Part shown: positions 1 through 9,120 of the stretch, piece by piece
Layout of the letters: every line of letters begins with the position of its first letter
How positions within the stretch are numbered: position 1 is the first letter of the stretch
Source: Candidatus Aenigmatarchaeota archaeon
GTDB taxonomy: Archaea > Aenigmatarchaeota > Aenigmatarchaeia > CG10238-14 > SpSt-28
DNA: 64,000 nt
Assembly: GCA_038733315.1 (NCBI GenBank)
Contig: JAVYPJ010000002.1
Coordinates: forward strand, 84,571-148,570
Direction: 5' to 3'
Notes under the pieces: generated by a model
Told to the model about the DNA's origin: nothing
Seen by the model: the letters and a program-made list of their open reading frames with translations, nothing else
Database searches by the model: none
Made by a program: the position numbers and the translations under genes

Positions 1-94
1 GAATTATTCCAAGAAAGCCTAAAATAATTACTAAAGCAACAGCAGCTACAATTACTATTATAAGCATAGATATAGAGATTTCGGCACCCTTCAT
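1..94 (-). CDS. Small pilin-like / class III signal peptide protein (5' part only, runs off window; not in ORF track)
   Basis: Manual translation of the reverse strand from ATG at 94: MKG|AEISISMLIIVIVAAVALVIILGFLGII. Basic-Gly cleavage motif followed by a long hydrophobic helix. Confidence 0.7.
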   Translation of the reverse strand, partial: MKGAEISISMLIIVIVAAVALVIILGFLGII

Positions 95-138
95 AATACA
101 AATATTTAGGGTTATGAATATATATTTTTTGTTTTCGA

Positions 139-273
139 TTATACTATACCGAACATTCTGAAAAATTGAAAAAACTGTTCCTTTATAATACCAGAAAGAA
201 TGAATAATATTAACAAAATCGCAATCGCAGTTATAACTACTATTAAAACCTTAGTGGAAATTTTTATAGACAT
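139..273 (-). CDS. Small single-TM protein, 44 aa (not in ORF track)
   Basis: Manual translation MSIKISTKVLIVVITAIAILLILFILSGIIKEQFFQFFRMFGIV*. The ATG lies 3 nt after the upstream stop. Confidence 0.6.
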   Translation of the reverse strand: MSIKISTKVLIVVITAIAILLILFILSGIIKEQFFQFFRMFGIV

Positions 274-276
274 TTT

Positions 277-432
277 TTACGAAATTTTTGGACCAAACGG
301 AAATTTTAGATTTGAAATAAATTCCCAGATTTGTTTTAGAAAATCCCATTTTTTAGCGATTGCTAGAACAAAAAGTATAATAGCGATAAAAAGTATTATA
401 ATACCAAGTGCTAACCAAAGCTCGTCTTCCAT
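277..432 (-). CDS. Small single-TM protein, 51 aa (not in ORF track)
   Basis: Manual translation MEDELWLALGIIILFIAIILFVLAIAKKWDFLKQIWEFISNLKFPFGPKIS*. The ATG lies 1 nt after the upstream stop. Confidence 0.6.
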   Translation of the reverse strand: MEDELWLALGIIILFIAIILFVLAIAKKWDFLKQIWEFISNLKFPFGPKIS

Positions 433-433
433 T

Positions 434-616
434 TTATCTATTTGCGTTTCCCTTTGTTAATATCTCAAACCACTTAGTAACATTCAGAATATCTTTTATG
501 CCAGAAGTACCTTGCTCCCTAGACATATTTACAAAGAAAAGTATTATTATTAGAGCAGCGACAGCTACAATTATTATAATTAATGTTTCTATTGACAGAT
601 TTAGCCCACACTTCAT
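434..616 (-). CDS. Small pilin-like / class III signal peptide protein, 60 aa
   Basis: Internal ATG of track ORF 434..667 gives MKCG|LNLSIETLIIIIVAVAALIIILFF: cleavage-like motif plus hydrophobic helix. Confidence 0.65.
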   Translation of the reverse strand: MKCGLNLSIETLIIIIVAVAALIIILFFVNMSREQGTSGIKDILNVTKWFEILTKGNANR

Positions 617-813
617 AATTTTATACCTTTTTAAATAAATAAAAATATTTGATTTTAAAATATACACTTTTCTATAGAAAACAATAAGTTAAATGAAGAT
701 AGAAAAACTTATTATAGGGGGTTGGATTCTTTCTTGGCTAATGGTACTTTGAAGTCTATTCGACTTCTAAATAAATAATATAAAAACTCAAATATATAAA
801 TTTCGATAAAATA

Positions 814-1965
814 ATGGATACAATAATAAAATCCGCACTCCAAAGAGCACTTGAAGAAGAAAATCCAAATCTAAAAATAGCTTCAAAAGTTTCTAGCGGT
901 TTAATCAGAAAAGATCTAGATTATTTTCAAATAGCAAAAGAACAGTTTGGTGTAGATGTTAAAAAAGCGAAAATCGTTGCTGTTGGTGTTGGAGGTGCAG
1001 GCTGCAATACAGTTACTAGATTACATGAATTAGGTGTTTATGGTGCTAATACTGTAGCATTAAATACAGATGCAAAACACTTGGCAGTAACTAAGGCCGA
1101 TAAAAGAATTTTAATAGGTAAAGAATTAACAAAAGGTTTGGGTTGTGGAGGTATTCCAGAAATAGGTAGAAAGGCTGCTGAAGAAAGTAGAAACGAAATT
1201 AAAGAAGCTATAGAGGGAGCAGATATGGTATTCGTATTAGCAGGCATGGGAAAAGGTACAGGTACTGGAGCAGCTCCGGTAGTTGCAGAAATAGCAAAAT
1301 CGATGGGAGCATTAGTTATTGGAGTTGTTGAGATGCCATTTAGTGCAGAGGGTTCAAGGAGATTTAAAGCCGAAGAAGGATTAGCTAGACTAAGAGAGCA
1401 TGCCGATACTGTTATTGTTATTGAAAATGATAGATTGTTAAAATATGCAGGAAACTTAAATTTACAACAAGCTTTTGCGGTTGCAGACGAATTGGTTGCT
1501 AATATGATAAAAGGTATTACAGAAACAATTACATTACCGAGCTTAATTAACTTAGACTATGCTGATGTAAGAAGTGTAATGAGTACTGGCGGTGGGGTTG
1601 CTGCATTAGGAATTGCTGAAAGTTCTTCAAGCGATAGAGCAAGAGATTCTGTAATGAAAGCACTACAAAATCCATTAATAGATGTTGATTATACAGGAGC
1701 TGCTGGAGCATTAGTTCACGTAACTGGTGGAGAAGATTTGAAATTAGAGGAAGTACATCAAATAATGCATCATGTATATTCTCAATTGGATCCAAGTGCA
1801 ACAGTGTTTATTGGAGCAAGAATAATGCCAGAATACGAAGGAAGAATACAAGTTATTACAATAGTTACTGGAGTAAAATCTCCATATATTTTAGGAAGAG
1901 TTTCTGTTGAAAGAACTTTAACAAAAGAAACAAGCTCTCTACTAGGTATAGATATACTCAAATAA
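814..1965 (+). CDS. ftsZ: Cell division protein FtsZ
   Basis: GVGGAGCN, NTDAKHL, tubulin signature GMGKGTGTGAAP, T7 loop NLDYADV. Confidence 0.98.
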   Translation: MDTIIKSALQRALEEENPNLKIASKVSSGLIRKDLDYFQIAKEQFGVDVKKAKIVAVGVGGAGCNTVTRLHELGVYGANTVALNTDAKHLAVTKADKRILIGKELTKGLGCGGIPEIGRKAAEESRNEIKEAIEGADMVFVLAGMGKGTGTGAAPVVAEIAKSMGALVIGVVEMPFSAEGSRRFKAEEGLARLREHADTVIVIENDRLLKYAGNLNLQQAFAVADELVANMIKGITETITLPSLINLDYADVRSVMSTGGGVAALGIAESSSSDRARDSVMKALQNPLIDVDYTGAAGALVHVTGGEDLKLEEVHQIMHHVYSQLDPSATVFIGARIMPEYEGRIQVITIVTGVKSPYILGRVSVERTLTKETSSLLGIDILK

Positions 1966-1978
1966 TCCCTTCCTTTTT

Positions 1979-2302
1979 TTATTTTTTAAGATATTCTAAT
2001 AAATTTTTTGAAATTTCTTTTTCCAAATCTTTTTTCTTATTTTTAAGATATTTGTTGAACAGAAGCCAATTCTTATATGCTAATTTATCTTCTTTTTTTA
2101 ATAAATCTAGTATAATCTTAGTTAGCTCTTTAGTTGTTATTTCTTTTTTATTCTTTTCTAAAATTTTTCCAAGCGTCATATAGGCAATTTTTCTAGAAGT
2201 TTCAATATCAGCTCCACTTCTTAAAATGCTAACAACAATCTTTTCTATTACAAAATCTTCTATTCTTCCATCTTTCTTTTTAACTTTTATGTTAAAATTC
2301 AT
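1979..2302 (-). CDS. Stand-alone ATP-cone domain protein
   Basis: N-terminal VKKKDGRIEDFVIEKIVVSI matches the ATP-cone pattern (VxKRDGxxExFxxxKI); the helical region includes EITTKEL. Confidence 0.8.
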   Translation of the reverse strand: MNFNIKVKKKDGRIEDFVIEKIVVSILRSGADIETSRKIAYMTLGKILEKNKKEITTKELTKIILDLLKKEDKLAYKNWLLFNKYLKNKKKDLEKEISKNLLEYLKK

Positions 2303-2347
2303 AAAATTATTATTTTTGCTATAAATATATAGGTTTGGGAATATTTT

Positions 2348-2887
2348 ATGGATAAAAAATCGATAATAAACTTCCTTTTGATTTTTATCTCAACTTCTTT
2401 ATTTCTAATTTCCATTGGAATGTTTATTCTCTCGTTTCTTACTCTATTTAATTTCTTTAACTCCAATATAAACTTTTTTAAAAATTTTCAACAAAAAGAC
2501 AACGCTTTGAACGAAGTTACTCTTTATAATCCTGGACCAATGAATATTAAAGAGCTAAGTATTAATTCAAAAATTTACTTTCTAAATAAAAGCTATGATT
2601 TTCTAAGGTTTAATTCTGCAATTGCTGCAAAAGAAGAGAAAAAAATTGCTTTAGAGGTTTTGAATAAAAGTCTTATAGAGGATGAAATTAAAAATTATTT
2701 TTTAGAAGTGTTTAACGAATATAAAGATATTGAATATGCTAAGAATAAAATATTAAACGAAATTAGAAAAGGTGTTTTAATTAGCGAAATAAACGTAAGC
2801 TTAGAAGATTTGTTAAAAATAGATTTAATGTTTGAAATTGGGTTATACGATTTAATAAAAATTGGAAGCGAAGGTAATATAATATGA
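2348..2887 (+). CDS. Hypothetical membrane-anchored protein
   Basis: 179-aa ORF with an N-terminal TM helix; overlaps the next gene (ATGA). Confidence 0.65.
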   Translation: MDKKSIINFLLIFISTSLFLISIGMFILSFLTLFNFFNSNINFFKNFQQKDNALNEVTLYNPGPMNIKELSINSKIYFLNKSYDFLRFNSAIAAKEEKKIALEVLNKSLIEDEIKNYFLEVFNEYKDIEYAKNKILNEIRKGVLISEINVSLEDLLKIDLMFEIGLYDLIKIGSEGNII

Positions 2888-3354
2888 AAGTCTTAAACCT
2901 AATTAAGTGCATTTTTTTATTTTTATTGAATTTTATTCTCTTTTCATTACCTTTTCTGATAGTTATTCTCGAAAATTATAACATGTTTAATTGCGAATTT
3001 TATGTTTTAAATCCCTGCAAATCTATTTACAACTTTTACGGTTTTAATATAGTTTTTTTATTATTTTTCTTAGGAATCCTGATTTCTATTTTTGCATTTC
3101 TTTCAAACTTCTTAGAGAAAAGGATAGCATCTTATTTTTCTGTTAGCTATTCAGTTTTTGTTTTAATTTTTTTAATTTTTGTATTCAATTTTGGAAAGTT
3201 CGAAATAAATTTTGGTAATGAAGCTCAAATTCCAATTAATTTTAACAAAACAAAAATTTCTGTTGATTTTAAAATTCCATTTTATATTTTAGTTCTAAGT
3301 TCTGTAGTTGACATAATGAGAAGAATTGTTGTAAACTTTGTTTTTAAGAGCTAA
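2884..3354 (+). CDS. Hypothetical multi-pass membrane protein
   Basis: 156 aa, about 4 hydrophobic segments, translationally coupled to the upstream ORF. Confidence 0.65.
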   Translation: MKVLNLIKCIFLFLLNFILFSLPFLIVILENYNMFNCEFYVLNPCKSIYNFYGFNIVFLLFFLGILISIFAFLSNFLEKRIASYFSVSYSVFVLIFLIFVFNFGKFEINFGNEAQIPINFNKTKISVDFKIPFYILVLSSVVDIMRRIVVNFVFKS

Positions 3355-4325
3355 GGAGATAATTCTCATAAGTAACGCTTCGATGTATCATTTCTAATGC
3401 GTCATGATAGAAGGATTCAAGTTCTATACATCTGGTTTTTATATTTTTCTCTTTGAGATATTTAGCAATTTTTTCAGCGTGTGATTTACCACATATAACT
3501 ACTAATCTTTTATTATTAACTTCTTCTACTTTTTTAGCAATTTGTTCCGCCATATATTTTTCTCTTTCGCTGCTTATTCCTTCTAATTTTTGATAAATAT
3601 CGATTATTTTTGTACGATGCAATTCATTTTCATAATCCATTTTGACTCGATACTCATTAAGATGTTTTTTTATCAATTCTTTACTATCAATATGTTCTAC
3701 TTTGACCTTATTCTTTTTTATATATTCAAATAGTGGAAGTTTTACATATATAGGTAGAATTTTTTGATGTACTTCTGAGTTAGAATACTCGTTAATTAAT
3801 TCTAAAAGTCCCGCCTTTTTTAAATCATCAACGTGTTTATATTTTTCTTTCTTCTAATAAATATTTTTCTAATTCTCGATTAAAATTTATAAGATTTTCA
3901 AAATCTCCATATAAATCTACGAATGGTATAGAATTTGGAGACAATTTTGTATAGTATTTTTTATTAAATTCTTTTAGAAATTCTTCTGTTTCCTTTTTAC
4001 AATTTTTTTGATCTTCGCCAATGTAGTTTTTAACTTTCTTAAAAAAATTTATTATTTTACATTCTTCGAAAAATCTTTGTATCTCTTCGTACTTTTCTAT
4101 TATTTTGTTTATATCGTTGTCTTTATCTTTCGGACCCTCTAATAAAACGCAGTTTGGCTTCCATTTTTCACAAATGTATTTTTCTAATTTTCCGTGAAGA
4201 GGATCTGTATGGTTTTCACCAACCACTATTACTTCAGTATTTTTATCTAATGCTGCTCTAATTGCCTCACTAAATTTAATGTATGCTTCATATAGTTTTT
4301 CACAAAACTCTTTTTTAGATATCAT
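3344..4325 (-). pseudogene. TraB/ChaN/EreA-like (GE-H motif) protein split by one +1 frameshift
   Basis: The N-part has VIVVGENHTD...VLLEGP and the C-part has RLVVICGKSHAEKI. The 3344..3676 frame stays open upstream to about 3850 (KYKHVDDLKKAGLLELINEY...KLPLFEYIKK). Removing one A in GAAAGAAAAATA (about 3840-3851) fuses the two ORFs into about 326 aa. Confidence 0.7.
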
Positions 4326-4419
4326 AATTATAAGAAACTTTTGGTTCAGAAATGTTTTTTAATGATTAACATAAATGAAAAATTTTTTATAAACATAAGG
4401 AGATTAGTTATTTCTTTAT

Positions 4420-4493
4420 GGGCCCGTAGCTCAGTATGGTAGAGCGACCGGCTCTTAACCGGTAGGTCGCGGGTTCGAATCCCGCCGGGCCCA
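4420..4493 (+). tRNA. tRNA-Lys(CUU)
   Basis: GGGCCCG/CGGGCCC acceptor stem, ACCGG-CT CTT AA-CCGGT anticodon arm, GTTCGAATC T-loop. Confidence 0.97.
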
Positions 4494-4496
4494 AAA

Positions 4497-5117
4497 CTAT
4501 TTTAACTCAACAAAAGCAACTTCACTTATTAACTCTTTTCTTATTCTATTTCTTTCTTTCACAATCTTATAAAGCCTTTGAGAAAAATTTTCTATTAGTG
4601 GCACTACTAAAATACCATTATTTTTTAATTGCTCAATCCAATCCTTAGAAATTTCCTTACAAGCAGCGCTTATAGCTATTTTATCAAATGGCGCAAACTC
4701 TTTAAGTCCATATTTTCCATCTCTCAAAAAAATTTTACATTTATCCAAATAACCAATTCTTTCTAAGTTACTTTTTCCAAATTCAAAGACCTCTTTATTT
4801 ATTTCAACTCCATAGACCTCTCTTTTAGTTATTTCATGTGCATATGCTAACAATATTCCAGAACCAAAACCTATTTCTAAGAATTTATCATTTTCTTTTA
4901 ACTCTAGTGCTTCTAAATAAATTGCGTGCATATGTGGTGCAGAAATAGTAGCGTCTTTATTTATTGGCAGCGGAACATCTAAATAGGCTTGATTTTTAAA
5001 TTCATCCCTTACAAAAAATTTTCTATCAATCTTTAAAAACGCGTTTTTAACTTCCTTTCTTTTTATAAATCCATTTTTTTCTAAGTTCTCTACCAATTCT
5101 TCTAAGCTTTTACCCAT
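4497..5117 (-). CDS. pcm: Protein-L-isoaspartate O-methyltransferase
   Basis: IDRKFFV, AYLDVPLPI, TISAPHMHA, LEIGFGSG, APFDKI motifs. Confidence 0.93.
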   Translation of the reverse strand: MGKSLEELVENLEKNGFIKRKEVKNAFLKIDRKFFVRDEFKNQAYLDVPLPINKDATISAPHMHAIYLEALELKENDKFLEIGFGSGILLAYAHEITKREVYGVEINKEVFEFGKSNLERIGYLDKCKIFLRDGKYGLKEFAPFDKIAISAACKEISKDWIEQLKNNGILVVPLIENFSQRLYKIVKERNRIRKELISEVAFVELK

Positions 5118-5138
5118 AAATTAATTACGAAATTCAAG

Positions 5139-6869
5139 CTAAACAATGTTCCATTCTTTTAGCAACTCTTTTTCTTCTTCACTTAAATACTCGAAATATT
5201 TTTTCAAATAATCTATATCTCTTGGATTTAAATCTGAAATTAAAACATCATCTTCATTAATACTCCTTCCAATAGTTACGTTTTGAATGCTAATCGCAAT
5301 CTTTTCGCCTTTCGTAGCAAATTCTATACTTCTGTTTTCTTTTTGAATATCGTTTACAACACCAACTTCTTTGCCATCGATTCTTTTTAGTTTTGTTCCT
5401 CTAAATAATCTTCCTTTTAAAACCTCTACTCCACAGATTGCAGGATCGCTTCTTCTAAATATACAACCTTTTATAAGTCTAATAACTACAGGCCTATTAA
5501 TTTTTGATAATTCATACTTAGCTTCATTTTTCTTCCTCTCTTCTAAATAATTTTTTATATCTTCAATTATTCTATATATAACATTTCCTTTAAATACCTT
5601 AACATTTTTCTGTTTTAGAATATTTTCATCTTCTTCGTTTATATCAACATTAAATAAAACTATAATTTTAAATTTTTCGTCTTTAATCAAATCTAAATCC
5701 AATAAATCTTCTTTTTTTATTTTTCCTACGCCAGTTTTTTTGATTGGTATTTTTTCTTTTTCAAACATGTTTATTAATGCTTCTAAGCTACCTAAGGTAT
5801 CTGCCTTAATTATTACTCCATCTCCTTCATTCTTAAAAATAACGCTTTCAAACGTAAGCTTCAATTCTTTTTTAAACCTTTCTAAATCTTTTTCATCCTT
5901 AGCAACTCTAAACTCGCTACCAGCAATAGCATTTTCTAAATTTTCAGCAAAAATCCTTATTCCAGCAGATGCTATCACTTCATTTACATATTCGAAATCT
6001 TTTTCGTACTTTATATCTCTTAACTCCTTTGGTAGCATTATAAGTTTTACCTTAGTTACTATTGGCTCAGAAGATGCAATTACTATACTATCTCCTTTTT
6101 TTAACTTTCCATCATAAAGTATACAATCCGCTACAATTCCTAATCCTTTTTGCTCTCTTAGCTCTAAGATTATTCCTTTAGATTCCTTTGAAATAAACAG
6201 TTTTTCTTTTAAGAATGTTTGAGAAACGCCACAAAGAACTAATAGAAGCTCTGCTAATCCTTCTTTTGTTTTTGCAGATATCGGAATTATTGGAACTTGA
6301 TTTTTAAAGTCTGTAACTCTATCAAATCTTTCTGAATTAAACCCAAATTCATACAATTTAGCAACTATTTCATACAATTTTTTATCTAATTCTAATATAG
6401 TTTGTTGTTTTTGTATTTTTAAACTTTCTAAAAAAGATAAAGAATTAGAATTTTTCCAATCTGGCAATCTATCTATTTTGTTTAGAGCAACTAAGAAAGG
6501 AATTTTGAAATCTTTAAGAATATTTAAGCACTCTTCAGTTTGCTCCCTTATGCCTTCTATAACATCTATAACTAAAATTACAATATCTGAAATATTTCCT
6601 CCTCGCTTCCTTAAGTGAGAAAAGGCAGCATGTCCAGGAGTATCAATTAATAGAATTCCATTAAATTTAATTTCGAATTTAAAATTTTTTAAAAGATTTC
6701 CACATATCTTTTCAATAATATTTTTTGGTATGTATGTGGATGAAATGTGCTGTGTAATTTGTCCAGGTTCTTTTAATGCAATAGTAGAATTTCTTATAGC
6801 ATCAGCTAAAGAAGTTTTTCCATGGTCTACATGACCCATTAATGCTATAATTGGAGCCCTTAATTCCAT
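5139..6869 (-). CDS. infB: Translation initiation factor aIF5B (IF-2)
   Basis: LRAPIIALMGHVDHGKTS, GQITQHI, DTPGHAAF, NKID, KADTLGSLEAL, CIFRRSDPAICGVEV. Confidence 0.97.
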   Translation of the reverse strand: MELRAPIIALMGHVDHGKTSLADAIRNSTIALKEPGQITQHISSTYIPKNIIEKICGNLLKNFKFEIKFNGILLIDTPGHAAFSHLRKRGGNISDIVILVIDVIEGIREQTEECLNILKDFKIPFLVALNKIDRLPDWKNSNSLSFLESLKIQKQQTILELDKKLYEIVAKLYEFGFNSERFDRVTDFKNQVPIIPISAKTKEGLAELLLVLCGVSQTFLKEKLFISKESKGIILELREQKGLGIVADCILYDGKLKKGDSIVIASSEPIVTKVKLIMLPKELRDIKYEKDFEYVNEVIASAGIRIFAENLENAIAGSEFRVAKDEKDLERFKKELKLTFESVIFKNEGDGVIIKADTLGSLEALINMFEKEKIPIKKTGVGKIKKEDLLDLDLIKDEKFKIIVLFNVDINEEDENILKQKNVKVFKGNVIYRIIEDIKNYLEERKKNEAKYELSKINRPVVIRLIKGCIFRRSDPAICGVEVLKGRLFRGTKLKRIDGKEVGVVNDIQKENRSIEFATKGEKIAISIQNVTIGRSINEDDVLISDLNPRDIDYLKKYFEYLSEEEKELLKEWNIV

Positions 6870-6882
6870 AAAAAAGAAGAGT

Positions 6883-7914
6883 CTATAATTTAAGTTTTGC
6901 GATAAATTTACTACCTTTTATTCCTTTTACTCTTTTAATTTCTATTAATCCTTTTTTAGCTAAATCTTCCATCAAATAGTTAAAAGTTCTTTTTTTAATT
7001 CCAAATTTTTTGCTTATCTCTTCAAAAATTTCCGATGTATACTTTTCACCGCTTTTTAAAATTTCTAATATTTCTTTTTGCCTTTCATCTATTTTTACTT
7101 CATTTATTTTTTCTATTTTACTTTCAAAGTTTTTAACAACTTTTTTTACAATTTCAAGAGAAAGTTTGTCTTTATTTTCATCAATAATAATTTCTAAAGC
7201 TTTTCTAATAATCCTTAAAATTACTCTAACATCACTTCCATTATTATATGCTAAATTCGCTATTAATGTTATAGCAGCCTTATCGTAGTTATTCTTAAAT
7301 ATTGGTTTAATTCTCTCTTCCGCAATAATTTTTAATTGCTCGAATGTATATGGCTTAAATTCTAAATCGTCGAAAACAAAAGAGCTTAGAACTCTTTTAT
7401 CCAATTGCAATATAAAATCTTTTGAATTTGAGATTAAGATTAAATATGGAGAATAATCAAAAAATGATGTAGATCTAGAAAAAGTATACAAAAATTCGTT
7501 TAAATCTTTTAGTTTATCTATCTCATCTATACAAATTACTAATTTTATGTTATTATTTTTTGAATGTGTCATTATTTTTTCTAATATTTCCTCGTTTGAT
7601 AATCCTTTAAATGTAATACCGATTTTTAACTCTTCCGCAATTTTTATTAGTAATGAATTAAGGCTATTGTGAATGAAAGAATTAATATATACGTATTTTA
7701 TTCTATGCGGTTGAAAATTTTTAAATACATATTTTACGCACGCAGTTTTTCCTAAACCACTACCTCCAAATATTAATAAGTTTGTAGGCCTTAAATTTTT
7801 CGCATATTTTTCTATCTTTTCCTTAATAACTATTATTTGATTATCTCTAAACGGCAACCTTTCTGGAATATAGCTTTCATCAAGAAAAGTAAATAAATCC
7901 TCTACGAACTGCAT
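6883..7914 (-). CDS. cdc6: Orc1/Cdc6-family AAA+ ATPase with C-terminal winged helix
   Basis: YIPERLPFRDNQI, Walker A GGSGLGKT, Walker B ICIDEID, RVLSSF, FKPYTFEQL, sensor-2-like SDVRVIL. Confidence 0.9.
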   Translation of the reverse strand: MQFVEDLFTFLDESYIPERLPFRDNQIIVIKEKIEKYAKNLRPTNLLIFGGSGLGKTACVKYVFKNFQPHRIKYVYINSFIHNSLNSLLIKIAEELKIGITFKGLSNEEILEKIMTHSKNNNIKLVICIDEIDKLKDLNEFLYTFSRSTSFFDYSPYLILISNSKDFILQLDKRVLSSFVFDDLEFKPYTFEQLKIIAEERIKPIFKNNYDKAAITLIANLAYNNGSDVRVILRIIRKALEIIIDENKDKLSLEIVKKVVKNFESKIEKINEVKIDERQKEILEILKSGEKYTSEIFEEISKKFGIKKRTFNYLMEDLAKKGLIEIKRVKGIKGSKFIAKLKL

Positions 7915-7920
7915 ATTTTT

Positions 7921-9051
7921 CTATCTAGTTATTTTTATTTCTTTCATTTCCTCTAAATATTTCTTTCCCGGGCCTTCTAAAAAATACTTTCTTGCTGGGG
8001 ATAATATTTCAATTAAATAATTTGCTACAGAATTCTTTAAGTCTAGAGGATGAATTTTTCCTTCTATATAATCTTTTTCCAAATCTTTAAAATTATTATA
8101 ACATCTCTTCTCTTTTGTTTTAATGTTTATTACTTCAAAAATTTTTTCAGCCCTCTCTAAATAAGGCCATATAATATATTTTAAAAGGTCAAATATAGGA
8201 TTAAGCTCTATTTCTCTAAGCGGACAATACGCTTCTCTTATTTTTCTTTTAATCTCTTCTTCTGTATCGTGAATAAATATGGCACTATTCGGCTTAGATT
8301 TAGACATCTTTATCTCTATTATTCCCTCTTCAAAAAGCTCTCTATTTCCTATTCTTTTAGCTTCAAGAATTTTTCTTCTTTGCTCTTCAGTTATGTGCAT
8401 ACCCATTAAGAGATGATGATGAATAGCAATAGGTTTATATCCAAATTCTTTACATACCTCTAAAGCTATAACATGAGCTTTACGTTGATCCATACCTCCA
8501 TGTGGAAGGTTTACTTTTAATCCGAATATATCAGCAACTTGCATAGGAACATATAATAATTGTGCAAAATCTACATTTTCACCCTCTCTTCTTCCCATTA
8601 TAGTAACACTTCTTTTAACTCTTGACAAACTTAAGTTCATTGAAACTTTGATTAAATCGTCGAAATATTCTAATCCAAGCTTTTCATACAGTTCAGAACC
8701 CATAATAAAATTACATTTATTCGCATCTCCTCCAACACTCTGTAGAGACAATTTGAGAGCTTCTTTGAAATAGCCTCCAGCGACTTTTCTAATAGTATCT
8801 AAATCTCCCCCAAGCTTTTTATTTATAAAAGAATGATAATCAGCTAAAAATATGTTTGTTTCTATTCCAGCTTGTTGAAAATCGGCAACTTTTTGCATAC
8901 ATAATAAACCAGTTCCTAAGTGAACATATCCCGAAATTTCATAACCAATATAATGCTTTAATTTTACACCATTTTCAATATATTCTTTTAACCTTTCTTC
9001 AGTTAAAATTTCTTCAGTCGGAATTTTCTTTATTAATTCTAATCTTTCCAT
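7921..9051 (-). CDS. tyrS: Tyrosyl-tRNA synthetase, copy A
   Basis: [15 protein letters not shown] (HIGH-like), [31 protein letters not shown]. Confidence 0.93.
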   Translation of the reverse strand: MERLELIKKIPTEEILTEERLKEYIENGVKLKHYIGYEISGYVHLGTGLLCMQKVADFQQAGIETNIFLADYHSFINKKLGGDLDTIRKVAGGYFKEALKLSLQSVGGDANKCNFIMGSELYEKLGLEYFDDLIKVSMNLSLSRVKRSVTIMGRREGENVDFAQLLYVPMQVADIFGLKVNLPHGGMDQRKAHVIALEVCKEFGYKPIAIHHHLLMGMHITEEQRRKILEAKRIGNRELFEEGIIEIKMSKSKPNSAIFIHDTEEEIKRKIREAYCPLREIELNPIFDLLKYIIWPYLERAEKIFEVINIKTKEKRCYNNFKDLEKDYIEGKIHPLDLKNSVANYLIEILSPARKYFLEGPGKKYLEEMKEIKITR

Positions 9052-9120
9052 AAATATTTTTTATATTTTCAGATTAATGACAGCCTATGCATTTAAATTT
9101 TTTTCTAGTAAGCTAATTTT
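9052..9120. promoter_or_regulatory. 69-bp bidirectional promoter region between the two tyrS genes
   Basis: Divergent ATGs at 9051 and 9121. AT-rich, with TATA-like TTTATATT and TTTAAATT elements. Confidence 0.5.

Noticed and set aside
200-638. Plus-strand ORFs 200..460 and 408..638
   Set aside because: They are antisense shadows of the tightly packed minus-strand hydrophobic micro-genes.
6883-7920. Replication origin (ORB repeats) next to cdc6
   Set aside because: cdc6 is flanked by only 6-13 bp of intergenic DNA, and no ORB-like G-string repeats were seen.
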